Positions 37,378 through 51,141 of a DNA stretch of 64,000 nt are shown piece by piece. Within the stretch, counting starts at the first letter, position 1. The number at the start of each line of letters is the position of its first letter. The DNA lies in the NCBI GenBank assembly GCA_973895155.1, contig OZ316893.1:682860-746859 (forward strand). The letters are read 5' to 3'. The position numbers were made by a program, and so were the translations under genes. The DNA is from Marsupella aquatica. Its lineage: Eukaryota; Plantae; Marchantiophyta. The notes beneath the pieces were generated by a model, which worked only from the letters and a program-made list of their open reading frames with translations, did no database searches and had not been told where the DNA came from.

Positions 37378-37489
37378 TTTCCCGTGGATGTAACCTCAGT
37401 CATGAGGTGAACCACATACTCGCTGTGTCGACTACTTTGTATGGTGTTCTCATGTGCATGGTGTCTCGGGATAGGGATTATCCCCAACA
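37378..37489 (+). mobile_element. 3' part of a copia-type LTR
   Basis: CCCGTGGATGTAACCTCA...GAGGTGAACCAC...CTGTGTCGACT...CAACA matches the motif order of the solo LTR at 39969-40312. Confidence 0.6.
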
Positions 37490-37790
37490 ATTTCAGCCCA
37501 AACCTACATGTGATTTGGAAGTTATTAAATTTTTAGTTTTGCTAAAGCGTGGAGGCGCTAAGGCGCAACGACGTTTTGGTGCAAAGGCACAAATGCATTT
37601 TTTGACACTAAGGAGTTTTCCGGATTTTTACCACTTTTACCACTTTTTCTTATTTTCTCTGATTTTATTGAGGCAATTAGACACCTCATAAAAGTCTGAA
37701 AGTTTTTCAGCATGTAGTAGGAATGTAGATCTCCCACCTAGAAAATTCTCATTTCAATCTGACTTTTAGTTTAGAAATTAAAATTTGGAC
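37490..37790 (+). repeat. Dispersed repeat, homologous to 48820-49152
   Basis: Shared AATTTCAGC.CAA.CCTA.ATG, TGAGGCA.TTAG...CATAAAAGTCT and CATTTCA.TCTGA blocks in the same order. Confidence 0.6.
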
Positions 37791-38760
37791 AAAGTCACTA
37801 TTTATTTGTTTTACCACAAAAGCATTAAGATGCAACGTTACCTCTGCTCCAATTAGTACTAAAGACAACTTTTGATCAGTTTTTTATTCTAGGAGCATTC
37901 ATGTACACCTTGGGTACTCCTATAGCACAATTTTGCTACTTTTATTTTAGTGCAAGACCCTTCAGATATGAAAAAGGATGTCCTTTCATTATTATCTCAG
38001 TTTCCTTTGGTTCGTGCTAGTCTAAATGAAGTAAAATACATCACTTTTTGTGCAAAGGATTAATGCAAGCACTATGTTGTAAATTGCAGCATAATAGGCT
38101 TCACATTGTAGAGAGACACTCTAATTTTGTAAGAATGAATCAATACAAAGAAATTCATCTCCCTTCTACGTCTTTGGATGTTGTGAATTCAGAGCTCAAA
38201 GAAGTAAAATATACAGTTTGATGAATCTTTTAAATATGTAGAGATGGATTCCAAAATTGGTGAAGGCTATACATTACTAAGTTCTTGATGCATAAGTTTT
38301 TGATATGACATTGCTTGCGCATGAGATACTGTAAAGAATGACATTAACCAATTACTTGTAACTTTACTTTGATCATGATGGTGTTTATTACGGACCCCCA
38401 TTAGGGGTCCTTTCCAAAATTCCTGGCTCCATAGCATGCCACATCATCATGGCACGCTAGAAATAGGAACAAACTTATTTTTGGATAAAATTAACTTATG
38501 CATTCGTGTTTGTGGCAACTTTGTTGTAAAAACTGGGACACCATGCCGTAAAAGAGAATGTAAAAAAATGACATGCAAATCAAAAGATAAACAAACTGAG
38601 GCAAAATTGCTCCTTGTAACTGTTTTATTTACATTTTGGTCTTTTTCAAAACATAGAATAAAGTAATCATTCTCTGAGTAAAAAGAAAGAAAAAGTCTCC
38701 TTGTTAATTGACTAGTGCGTTATGTCTTGGTAGAGGAGTCCAATGAAAGTAACGTAAGTC

Positions 38761-39276
38761 TGTTGGTGTCGTCTCTTGGTGTCTTAGAGCCTGAGCGTCA
38801 GGTAGTGTAGAGCTTGAGCGTCGTTTTTTGTTGTTTGTGTCGTGCGCATACACATCGCTACACAATATACATCTCTTGTCACATACATCCAAACATAGGC
38901 ACACTACCACATCACAAACACAAGAGAATGGAATACAAGTGGAACTCATGTCCACACATGTCCAAAACCCACAATAATCTTCAATAGAATCGAACCACGA
39001 TAGATGCCAAATTGCACTCAATCCCGTCCGATCCGATCACACACATATGTCGAGCCAATGCACCTTGCACTCAAGGAATCCACGCTACATAGAGAGAGCT
39101 CTCAACCACCATAGCCACCACCCGAGCTCTCCTCTCCAAGGCTCAACATCGAAAGATGACCTTTTGATGCCTCACAAGAGAGAACTACCCTCTCACACAA
39201 ACCTAATAGTACCTTATCGGCTCATATAGCACACATACTAAACATATTGATCTAGATAGTATGATACCCTCTAACA
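38761..39276 (-). mobile_element. LTR-like sequence (possible solo LTR)
   Basis: TGTTGG...CTCTAACA ends and LTR-like internal composition. No matching TSD found. Confidence 0.35.
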
Positions 39277-39346
39277 CTACCTAGAATGATTGTGTGACAA
39301 CTGTCGTGTAGAGGAATGGCCAGAACAAGGCAGAGGATAGAAGCGA

Positions 39347-39417
39347 AACACGAAAGTGGGTATCGTCAGTCAGAACACGAAAGAGGGTATCGTCAGTCAT
39401 AACAAGGAAGAGGGTAT
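39347..39417. repeat. 27-bp tandem repeat x ~2.6
   Basis: AACACGAAAG.GGGTATCGTCAGTCA units at 39347, 39374 and 39401. Confidence 0.85.
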
Positions 39418-39968
39418 AAACTCTAATAATATCCACTTCAACGTCAATTGATAGGATTTTGGCTATGAATACGGGAGCTGCAGAATTCAAGGATCCCTGA
39501 GGAGGAGGGGCGATTCTGGTGTTGGAGAGATTGGAGACTTGAGGTGATTCCCTTGCTACTGTCTGGGATTAAGCAAAATGTCATGATGTTACATCAAACA
39601 TACAGTGAACTGGGCACATCGAATGCATGACTTGAGCCAGTGGCAAAGTTTAATTAGATGAGCGGGACACGGAGAGGAAAGGAATCATTCATTTCATAAC
39701 CATAGTATGAACTAGTAATATTAATCCTAGGAGTGTTTGATACAAATTCTGTTACGCGCGTCAGGCATTGTGACTGAACATTCAATCTATACACCAATGC
39801 AAATAAATATCATGCGACTCATGACTGAAGGTCTTGCCTACCACTCTTTTTGACGAGCACACAGACTTGATTGAAGTGTATCTGCCACCACTGGAGCGAT
39901 TGAGATCTACGTCAGTATCTATTAAGCAACCTAGCTAGCAAGCTTTTCTCTCTTGTTTTTGACACTAG

Positions 39969-40312
39969 TGTTAGTTATTGCTCTAGTCTTGTGACTCATG
40001 AGCTAACCACAGTTAGTCTAACTCGGGTTAGGACTTAGCTAATGTTAGCGGTAGTGCTGTTGTGCATATAGCCAGGGCTGATGCCAGACCCTGGTGGAAC
40101 TTAGGCTCATTGTTACGGAGTTAGTTGAGAGATAGGGAGAGCTTGTGCTATGGATGCTTGGTATGGCCGGTCGGCCTAGAGTGCAATAAAGCTCTTGTGT
40201 GTTCCCGTGGATATAGCCTCATGTGGAGGTGAACCACGTATCTCTCTGTGTCGACTCTTGTACGTTGGATGGTTCATGGGCTTGCAGTTGCGAATGTCGT
40301 CTATGCTCAACA
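39969..40312 (+). mobile_element. Solo LTR (344 bp, copia-type) with TSD ACTAG
   Basis: TGTTAG...CAACA flanked by ACTAG at 39964-39968 and 40313-40317. Internal AATAAA and CCCGTGGA...GAACCACGTA LTR motif. Confidence 0.85.
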
Positions 40313-40678
40313 ACTAGTAATAGCGATGACCAAACGATAAATCTGTCCCAAGAATTTGCAGATAGGTGAGAAACTACAATCCATCTTTGAAGCGCAAGTA
40401 CAATGCCACCTAGAGGGAAAATAGACATTGTTAGGTAGATAAGATTTTATATCATAAAACTATTTTGCATAAATAAAACATTTACCACTTTGTTTCATTT
40501 GTTCCAATAAAACAATTTCACTTCATCACACACATATTCATTCAATGAACTTGGGGGTCCACAAATTAATTATTTGTGACTTGGAGTACTGATTGGATAT
40601 TGAAGTGATTGGTTGTTAATCTCAACTAAATACCTTGGAAGGTAAGGCTACTCAGATGTGTTGACTAAATCTTCAGCA

Positions 40679-41403
40679 TCATTCAGATTCTCCAAAATCA
40701 AACTCATCAATCAATCTGGTTCTCTCCTCTTGTTTCTCAAGGAGTAAGCAATCACCTTGGAAATATAATTGACACAAATAAATACGTAATGGAGTGGGTT
40801 GTCTTGCTTTCACCTTCTTAATCTGAGATAGGATTGCTTGTCTCATCCGTAGTGCCCAATTAATCTCAACTGTAACTCCTTTCCAATTGGCAACAATGGT
40901 ATTAACAACGGACACTGGTACCATGTAGGAACGGTTGGGATGAAAAAGGGGAACCAATCTGAATCAAAGATGACTTTTAAAGGATACATTGGACCTTCCA
41001 TCCATGACTAACATTTTGATACCTCGTTTGATTCCCAACAACATAAGGTCTTGAAATCTCCCCTTGGCGAGATAGTAGATTGCCTCCTTCAGCATGAGTT
41101 TAAAGCATCAGGTATAAATTGTGGAGTCCACAGCTGTGGATTTGCTCAAGCAGTGCCTACCATGTCAACTCCAATGTGTGCTCCATCTTGGAAATTCTTT
41201 ACGTAACTAGGTGAGGTCACACACCAAGGTAGAGTAAGCAATTTACTCAGGCGCATCACTTCCAACGGTCCTTTTAGAACGTCCAAACTTCTCTTCAATG
41301 TGGGATAAATCACAAGGACAACCTTAGGTAGAGGAACTCTAGTTATAGTTGTCTTTGCTTCCCCTCTTGACAATGCCATGGTTGAAACAAAATTTAAATC
41401 CAC
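40679..41403 (-). pseudogene. Degenerate transposon-type ORF, possibly the same broad family as 3467-4060
   Basis: Fragments LSKLLTLPW and EINWALRMRQAILSQIKK...LRIYLCQLY; broken frame. Confidence 0.35.
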
Positions 41404-42739
41404 AATCTAAGCTTATAAGCAAAACATGTCGAAGCGCCTAATTATCTTCCCAAATGTTACTGCGCCAAAGTGTCGTTGCGCCGTTGCGCAGTCGCGTTGA
41501 GATTTAGTAACAACAACAGTAAACTCACAACTAATCTTTGATTCACACTTATAAGACACAAAGGCTGTATCCTTATCAGTCCAGCTCAACTATTCTCTTC
41601 TAGTCTTCCTCAATGTGAATGCTCAATGCTAAATGAGTCATGCGGGTATGAAGATTGGGAATACAGTGTCCATGGTCTTTTAGTGCTGTCTGAAGGATCT
41701 ATGTACATCAAATTTAAAAATCATGCCGAGGTGCTGTCCCATCGTTGCAATGTTGGCTGAAATGCTGAAGCGCCATTGCGCTGTTGCGCCGTGGTGTACT
41801 TGTCCTTTGGCTGATCCGGGAAGATCCGATTCGCTAAGATTTCTCCCGAAGTCTCCTGTACTCTATAGTGATCCTTACGCTAAACAATTTCATGCTAAAG
41901 GATGTCAATAAATTATTTTCTCTTATCTCCTATTCCCACTTAAGGCTAAAAGATGTTGAATTAGTTACTCTAATTCTACTATTGTCTACAAAAAGTTTAA
42001 AAGTTTCAGTAATCTCTAATTGCCTATTTTATACTCCTATTACATTTACCTTAGTCTGAATTACAACATCAGAATGCTAGAGATATTCCAGTAGACTGAT
42101 AGATAAGCCTGACTCTTAAGTCATTGCTTTGAGGGCACTAGTGTGCTTAAAAGATACAAAGAGATTTCTCCATCCAATCATAATCACAAATGCAATAAAA
42201 AATTCCAAATGATCCAGATCAACAAGGCTTTTCTTTCTTCAGCCACAACTGAGACTATTGGTGATCACTAAAATTAATCAATGAATTGTTTGGTCTTTAG
42301 ACTAAACAGTTCCAATAACTCGAGTAGTACAAACTAACCTGACTGATTGTTAGTTAAACCACCACTGACCATATAAAAGGAGGAGTGTCCAAAACTTGTG
42401 GCTTTTTCTCATTACTCTCCCCTGCCCTGACACCTTGCTCCAAAATTTTGGGAAATCTGTGTAACCAGATCTTTGTCTTGGCTAGTGGTGTTTTAAACAT
42501 AAATAGGGGTCATTACGCCATGATCCGGATCCGTCCTGCTACCAATCCTCAGTTTCCACTCACACCCCCTGCCAACAGTCACCTTCGAAAGAATTGACTC
42601 TAGACACCCTGAAGAGTAGCTTTCGATCGATTAGTGCCCCTCGCTGCGTGGAGTGCTTCATTACAATTGTACAATTCTTTGGTTCAAGGCACTAGGGTGC
42701 GAACTGGACCACCATTCGATGGTCCAGTTTGCACTGAAA

Positions 42740-44244
42740 GTCAGTCCTGAACTCTGGATGTACTGTCTCAGAAGACTATGGAAACTATGGTTAATTTTGA
42801 GCCAAGTTTCTCTGAGTAATGGAGATCATCGTGGCTAGTATTTCGAATCCTCAGGGCGTCATCCTGCAGTCAGACCTTTTCGTTAACCTCACCTGAATGA
42901 AATCCGCGACAACGCTGTTTTGAGGAGACTGTTGTAAGACTTAGTCCAGCCGAATTCTTGGTGAGCGATCAAGGTTTGTCCGAGAAAATCCGAGTGACAG
43001 AACAGGATTTACAAGTGCCATCTTCTCAGGTTTCCTCCTCGCAACCAAGATCTCTACATGAATTCAAGGAGATCCCGGGTGTCTGTCCCTGATTCTGGGC
43101 TGACGCAAGCAAACAATGCTGGTAGCATCCACAATCTTCTCATAATTACTCTTCGTCGCTCTTTATTTAATACCGCTTAAGTTGCTTGTCGGGGAGCTGG
43201 TACCGAGCTGTGTGTTGCTGCATGCCGACGAACCTACTGATCCCAGTTAGGTTTGCGTTACCCCTTTTACACGGCTTCTCGCGATGTCCGTTGGGCAGCG
43301 AATTTCTAGGAAGGCCCTAGCTATTCGCGATGTTCTTCCGCGCTTCAACCCCAAATTGCTTGGAACAATACTTCTCAACTCTCAGTGCCCAAGAAACCGG
43401 AAGATATCTCTTTCAGCCCGGGATACTTTTACGTCTCCCCGATCCTGGTTGAAGTCCTGCTCAATTCTTGGATGACGTCTCCTGCTGCCTGCAATATTTG
43501 CATTTACCATGTTTTTTCAGCCATGTCAAACTTTGAAAGATATCTCGGTTTATGAGATTCTTTTGCCCGTCACAATCTAGATCAATTTTGAGAGCACTTG
43601 CTTCATCTTGTTGTATTGAACCAAAGTCAAGCCATCTGCCCAACTTGCTACTTACGCGGTCTGCATTTCACTTTTACAAATAAGTTCTTCCTTGAAGAAA
43701 TGTCGTTAATTTTTGGTGTGGTATGCAGGACAATTCAGTTGGAAAGGGTTCCTTTTTGGAGGGCAATGTACAAGAGCACTTTGCGCCAAAGTTTTTCATG
43801 GAGCAATGTGCAGGTATGGGGGTGGTTCCTTTGGGATTTGAAAGGAAGAAATTTTCATACATTTTCCTTCCAAACATTGTAGTTTTTATTCTCAAATTCA
43901 GAAAGCTAGAATAATTTTTAAGAGTGTACAGCAACTCTTAATGCAGGAGGAAGTGGCCCTGGAGAAGATAGTGCTACTGCACTAGCAGTAGTCTAGGGGT
44001 AGCTCCAACTGTTTCGCTGAGCTGAGATTCCTCTGTCCGGGTAAGGTTTCCCTAACCGAGTCTTCTCCTAGTGAATTTTCTTTCCTTAGATCAAGGGGAC
44101 AGGAAAGATGAGACTTGAAATTTGAGGTTTGTGGAAGATTGCACTTCTTAGACTGATTTGAACCTTTGTCAAACAGGTAAGATCATATTACTGACAACTG
44201 TACCATTCAGGTCCCTATTCCTGCACGGGAACGGAGCTGTCTCG
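42740..44244 (+). promoter_or_regulatory. Conserved upstream block of PPR copy 3
   Basis: Colinear with the blocks before the other copies. Confidence 0.65.
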
Positions 44245-47200
44245 ATGGAAATTTTGGATATGGACCGTTTTAGGCAAAAGTCCACAGCCAGGTATGATTC
44301 ATTTTGCATGCATGTCATTTGGTTGGATTATGATGTGACAAACGACCTTGAATTCATTCTCAACAAAGACGTTTGATTTGCAGCGTTCGTCCGTCATCTT
44401 CCGGTTTGATTGGTCTTGGCATCAGCCATTATTCTTGTACAAGGCGTCCAGGTAATAAGACTGAAGAGCGATTTGAACGTTGTGATTACTTAATTATAAA
44501 CAAAAACCCTTGTTCCAGCACCACGGTGTGACCTTTATAGTTGCCTGACTTTCCTTCTATGAGGCTTAAGTGATGATGACTTACTTGAATGTCAAGTTTG
44601 AGTTTTTTTTAATCTCGAAGGAATCACAGGCAGGGGGGGGTGGGGCGGGGGGGAGGGGGCTGTCACATTCATGTCATATGTTGCTACCCTCGATATATTC
44701 TATAGAGCCAATTTAAAGAATGGATAAGCTTTATTTCTGAATTGTAGTCTCTTTTCGAAAACCTGCGATTCTGGTTTGTGTATTGCATAGAAAGGACAGT
44801 GTAGGCAATTATAAGTGAATCCCTGTCAAGGTGCCCTAAGAGTCTATCCTATATACAACCCAAGGATAACTTATTGAAGTTTTTTAGTGCCAATTCGATA
44901 GGCTCTTCACTCTGTCCTTCTATGGTTAGTGAGATACCGGATTATGAGCGAGCTTATTGACGCTTGAGCTACCTGTCACAATTATTTCAGTCCTCTGTTC
45001 TAAGATCATTGCATTTTTGACAGAGGGCCCTTACTCTCAGTTGAAAAGGAGTCGTATGACTTTTGCAAGTTTTCTGTACCAAAGATCACAGCAGAGCATC
45101 CGGGACAAGAAACCATATTTTTGGATGGAGGTAGGCATGTGTCCTTGTCTTAGAACTCGAGAGACTTACCTATATGTTATTTATGTCTGAACATTTCATT
45201 CGAGAACGATCATTGTGAATATAGTCCTCAAGAAATAAGTCCAAATCCATTGCACCTGGTGGAATCTCCTGGATTTTATCCTGATATCAGTCAGGCTTTC
45301 CAGATCTGAACGTGGGTTGTGGTTCTGACAGAGGAACCCCGGAACCCCAGAGCCCCTGAGTTCAATCATACAATGACAAGGAAAGCACTTTGGGTGGATG
45401 GATGGTCAACTCCATCATGGGTTAAGGCCACGCCGAATTTGATGACTCAGTGCAGATTTCAAGCCCATGTTAGTCATTGCACGAGAGATTGGTCTCAAGT
45501 CACTACAGAGGGAATGGCACTAGGCATATGCATGATGCTGGTACCACGAGAGAAAAAATTGCTGTTTTGAAAGATCGTCTACAACGAGGCATTACTATAG
45601 ACTCGTCCACATATGTTAACGTTCTGCAAATGTGTTTGGGACACAAAGACCTTCCAGCAGCCAAGCAAATTCATCATTGCATCATCGAGAGTTGAATTGA
45701 GAAGAATCAGAATGTGGCAATCACGCTCTTGAATGACTATATCAAATGCGGAGGATTGTTGGATGCACGTAGAGTTTTTGATCAACTTCAGAAGAAGGGT
45801 CTTATTACTTGGACCAACATGATTGCAGGATATGCTAAGAGTGATCATGTTCATACTGCATTCGAACTTTTCGATCAAATGCGTCATGAAGGCGTGAAGC
45901 CTAATGAGATCACATATCTTAGCATCCTGAAAGGATGTGCCAGCCCATTAGCTCGAACGTGCGGAAGAGAAATTCATGAGTGCATTCGACATGCCGGCTT
46001 TGAATCGGACGTTCGTGTAGGGACTGCCCTTGTACTGATGTACGCAAAATGTGGGTGCATCACCGAGGCAAGGAAAGTTTTTGAAAAGTTGACCAACCGA
46101 AATGTCATTACATGGAATGTTATGGTTGGAGCATATGCAGAACGTGGTCATGGTGTGGAAGCATATCGACTATTTCTGCAAATGACACGGGAAGGTTTCC
46201 AACCAGATGCAATCACTTATCTGAGCATTCTGAAAGCATCTGCGAGTGCAGGTTCTTTAGAGTGGGTGAAGGAGATCCATGGCCATTCTAGTAAAGCGGG
46301 ACTGGACTCAGATTTGCGTGTGGGCAATGCACTGATTCACATGTATGCAGCGAGTGGCAGTATAGATGACGCCCGACGAGTTTTTGACAAAATGGAGAAA
46401 CGTGATGTAATCACATGTAATACAATGATCTTTGGACTTGCACAACATGGATGTGGGCATGAAGCAGATCGACTCTTTCGGCGAATGAGACGGGAAGGGT
46501 TAGAACCAGATGCATTTACTTACGCGAGCATCCTGAACATCTGCAAGTGAGGGGGCTTTGGAATGGGTGAAGGACGTTCATGGCCAGGCTCTCAAAGCGG
46601 GAGTGGAGTCAGATTTGCGTGTAGGAAATGCACTGGTTCACATGTATGCAGGGAGTGGCAGTATAGCTGATGCCCGACTTGTTTTTGACAGAATGAAGAA
46701 ACGTGATGTAGTGACATGGAATGTAATGATCGGTGGACTTGCGCAACATGGATGTGGGAGTGAAGCCCTGGACCTCTTCAGAAACATGAACGAAGACGGT
46801 GTGAAGCCCAACGTGTATTCATTCGCGGCAGTGTTGTCAGCCTGTTGTCACGGAGGTCTTGTTGATGACGGCCGTCGAGTCTTTTCAGCTATGACGCAGG
46901 ATTATGGCATCGAGCCTGACATAGTGCATTATAACTGCATGGTGGATCTTCTTGGTCGGGCGGGACACTTGGAGGAAGCAGAGCTCCTCATTAGTGACAT
47001 GCCAATTCAACCAAATACAGTCACTTGGACAGCCTTGCTTGGGGCTTGTAGAACTTACGGTAATGTGGAGTTGGGCGAACTTGCCGCTCAGGAGCTTTTC
47101 AACTTGGAACCCAATAATGCCTCTGCATACGTGCTCCTCTCCAACATCTACGCTGCAGCTGGTAAGCGGCAGAAAAAGGCATTGGTTCGCACCATGATGC

Positions 47201-47631
47201 AAGACAGAGGTATTCGGAAGGAGCCAGGGCGTAGCTGGATTGAAGTTGATAAGAAGATCCATACATTTGTTGTAGGGGATAGATCTCACCCAGAAGCGAG
47301 GGCCATTTATACGGAGCTCAATAAATTGACTGAAAATCTCAAGGCTGAAGGTTACATTCCCGATACCCGACTTGTGTTGCATGATATGAATCAGAAGGAT
47401 AAAGAACTAGCGCTTTGCTCTCATAGTGAGAAGTTGGCTATTGCTTACGGACTTATGCACATACCAGGGGGAAAACCGATTCTTGTATGGAAGAACCTTC
47501 GGGTGTGTTCAGATTGCCACACCGCAACCAAGTTTATCTCTAAGGTGACTGGACGCGAGATTATAGCGAGGGATGCCAATCGCTTTCACCATTTTAAAGA
47601 TGGCAGATGTTCTTGTGGCGATTACTGGTGA
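44245..47631 (+). pseudogene. PPR-DYW copy 3, pseudogene (14 motifs; exons 44245-44291, 44384-44451, 45024-45130, 45332-47631)
   Basis: Lesions relative to paralogs: 8-bp duplication GGAACCCC (45333-45348), 1-bp deletion near 45510, GGA>TGA stop at 45693-45695 and 2-bp deletion near 46538. The DYW part is still open. Confidence 0.9.
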
Positions 47632-48004
47632 CCACATTGAAATTCGTTTTCGAAAGTCAGTGGAAAGCAGAACTCAGTCATCTCTATGTGTCCTTCTGTT
47701 GCAGTACGTCTAATGGTCTTTCTGTTCCAATCTGCCCATTTGTCTTCTTGTTCCAATCTGTCTTGCCGACCACATGAGTGGAGTCTAATGCTTCAATATA
47801 CAGATTGGCGGAATAGAATTTAGCCCTCGAACGCGAATTCACAGTATGTCGAAGTCGTCTACTTGAGAGTTTTGGGGAAATTAAAATAAAATCTGAAAAC
47901 AATACTACACAGTTTGAGAGCAGAGACTTCATCGCTGCAGTAAAAATCTGTACAACAGCCAAAGTCTGTACAAGGCAGGCAATTTATCTAAACTCTATAA
48001 GACG

Positions 48005-48145
48005 CAATCCTGCCTTTTTCTTTATCTTCCTAAATGCATTACACAATCCTGCCTTTTTCTTTATCTTCCGAAATGCAATTTTGGAGAGAACTCAATTGCC
48101 TTTTTCTTTATCTTCAGAAATGCATTTTTGGAGAGAACTCAATTA
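48005..48145. repeat. Short tandem repeats (TGCCTTTTTCTTTATCTTC..AAATGCA x3)
   Basis: Read directly. Confidence 0.8.
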
Positions 48146-48588
48146 CTACTGTTGGATTTCAACTCTAAATTTTCCGAGCCATGAGATGTGGTTAAAAGCA
48201 TAATTAAGAGCAAATCCTAGCCTGGGGCATAGATGCTCCTCCATACACACCTAGACCCATCCACTAACTTTTATAAAAAGATACCATTCTTCAAGGTTAT
48301 TTGACATTGACTGTTGAGTGAATTGATAGATGGCTATGATGGGTAGGTGAGACTGAAATGAAAATAAAGGTTCGAAAGGTTCGAAAGTAGTTTTTGGCTG
48401 CCCGCTGAGGGAAAGGATTTATGAACATGGAGTGTGAAGCAAGACTTTTGATGGGTAGCGGGACAATTTTTGGTTCTATGCATTTTGGAGTGTTGAGGGT
48501 ACATTTAGGAGGGAATGACTTTTGGGTTAGTAATTTACTCTTAGGTTTAGAGTTACAATTGCAACTGTAATTAAACTAATTAAACTAA

Positions 48589-48691
48589 CTTTAGTTGTGA
48601 ACTTGATTAGGTTAGTCATGTTACACCCTAAATCCTAAATTTAGTTGTGGACTTGATTAGGTTAGTCGTGTTGAACCCTAAACCTTAAATT
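48589..48691. repeat. 50-bp tandem duplication containing CCCTAAA
   Basis: TTTAGTTGTG.ACTTGATTAGGTTAGTC.TGTT..ACCCTAAA occurs twice. Confidence 0.8.
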
Positions 48692-49669
48692 TGAATAAAA
48701 TAAATTCTATGTGCATTTATGAAGATCAACCAATCTCTGTTGTTTTAGTTAAATAGTTAGCATGGTTAGAAAAGTTTTAAATTTTGCCAAGAGATAACCC
48801 TTACATAGCAAAACATACCCTGAAAATTTCAGCTCAATCCTATATGCGGTTTCAAAGTTAAAAATGTTTTATTTTTGCTATAAAGCAAAGGGGCTAAAAC
48901 ACTTGCACTTTGACGCTTTGGAGTAAATAAACTGGCTTTTTGGAGTTTTGGCACAAAGGTGTTTTGGCGCTTTGGCGTTCACTACGTTTAGAAAATTTTT
49001 GGTTTCTCATTTTTTGTAACTGTGTGACACTTTTTTGCCTATTTATTTGAGGCACTTAGCTATGTCATAAAAGTCTAAAATTTTTCCAGGAGATTATATA
49101 TAATAAAGTAATCTGACAGTTTCATTTCATTCTGATATTTGATTTAGAATTAGGGAAAAACAATTGTATATTAATTTGATCACAATGCCACTTTTACAAT
49201 GGTTTACTTCACATTGAGTCAGAAGAACAAATGACAGAAACAGATGCCTCTGGTGGGTCCAGAGAAAAGTGGGCAAAAATATTTATCCTTTGGTTTGTTA
49301 AGAAAATAAGTTATGTCTGGACGTCCATTAAGTATATGTCTCTACAGGGTATTGTAAGCCTTTTCAGTTTAAAGGTGTGCATTTTTCTATTAATCTTATA
49401 ATCATTCTTTCAATATTTTTGAATAGGATATGATAACTTGTGTTTCACAAACTAGTTAAATGAGCAATACAATACAATGAATAGATAGAATAAATTTATT
49501 GTGAATCAGTTAAAGTAGCTATGTAAATGGGCCAAGTACACTATATTGACCAGCTGGGACGAGCAACTTACACCTTTGACGGGCCTTTTCATTTATTTCG
49601 TAGTACTTTCCTCATTAAATTTTTGTATGTGTTGCCATGGGGATGCTTTACATGCCGTCCTCGTGCAAT

Positions 49670-51141
49670 CAATCTAGTCTTGAGAAAATTGAATAGTCGT
49701 GAACTGTGGATGTATTGTTTCATCCGACCACGGAATGTTAGTATGATTCTGAGTTAAGTTTTCTTTCCGTGATGCAGATAATTGTGGCTATGGAAAATTC
49801 CTAGGACATCATCGTGCAGTCAGATCGAGAGTCAGATCTCTTCTTTTACTTCACCTCAATTAGATCAGCGGCAACACTATTTTGAAGAAACAGTTGTAAG
49901 GCGGGAGGAGATCAATCCGCAGTCGAATCGCAGTTCGGATTTGGCATAGCTCAGCTCGGCTCACTTAGCTGGGCTCAGTCCAGCTGAATTCCGAGTGACA
50001 GATCAAGTCTTGTGCGAGAAAATTCGAGTGACAGATCAGGGTTTAACAGTGCTGCCTTCTCAGGGTTCCTCCTCAGGATTCCTCCTCCTCGCCACCAAGA
50101 TCTCCACATGAATCCAAGGAGATCCCCGGTGACTATCCCGAATCCCGGGCTGTCACAAGCTAACAATGCTCGTAGCATTCACAATCTCGTAGCTCACTAT
50201 TTAATGTTGCTTTAGTTGCTTTTCGGGGAGCTGGTACCGAGCTGTGCGTAGCTGCATGCTGACGAATCCAGTGAACCCTCTAAGGCTCGCGTTACCACTT
50301 TTACACGGCCTCCCGATCTCCGTCACAGAATTCCTAGTGAGGCAATAGCCATACTCGATGTTCTTCCGCGTTTCAATTCTAAATTGCTGGGCAACAGCAA
50401 CAATACTATCTCTTTGTCAGCCTGGGATACATTTTCGTCTCCCCATCCTGGTTCAAGTCCTGCTCAATTCTTGGATGACGTCTCCTGCTGCCTGCAATTA
50501 TGTGCATTTGCTTTGTTTTTTCAAACATGTCAAAACTTACACGATATTGTCGAGCCTGCCCAATTTGCTACTTACACGGTGTGCATATCCCTTGTACACA
50601 ATTTCTTCTTTGAAGAGACTCGTCAAGTTTTCATATGGTATGCAGGAAAATTAGGTTGAAGAGGGTTCTTTCTTGGACGGCGATCATCAAGACAATGATT
50701 TTCATAGGGCAATGTACAAGTATGGCGGTGGTGGCTTTGGGATGACATTCTCATACTTTTTGCTCTCAAAACTTCTAATTTTGATTCTCATGTTCGGATA
50801 GCAAAGCTGGGATAATTCTCAAAACGAGTACAGCAATTCTTAATTCTTAATTCTCAAGGCAGGAGGAAGTGATCCTGGAGAAGATACTGCTAGGGGTACC
50901 TCCAACTGTTAGGTTGAGCTGAGATTCCTCTTACCAGGTAACGCTTCCTCTGCAGAGCCTCCACCTAGTGAATTTTCTTTCCTTAGTCCAAGGGGAAGGA
51001 ACAATGAGACTTGAAATTTGGGGGCTCAGTAAGATTGCTCTACTTAGACTGATTTGAACGTTTGTCAAACAGGTAAGATCATAGTTGTCACAACTGTACC
51101 ATTAAGCTCTCTATTCCCGGCACGGGGACGGAGCTGAGACG
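49670..51141 (+). promoter_or_regulatory. Conserved upstream block of PPR copy 4
   Basis: Colinear with the blocks before the other copies. Confidence 0.65.
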
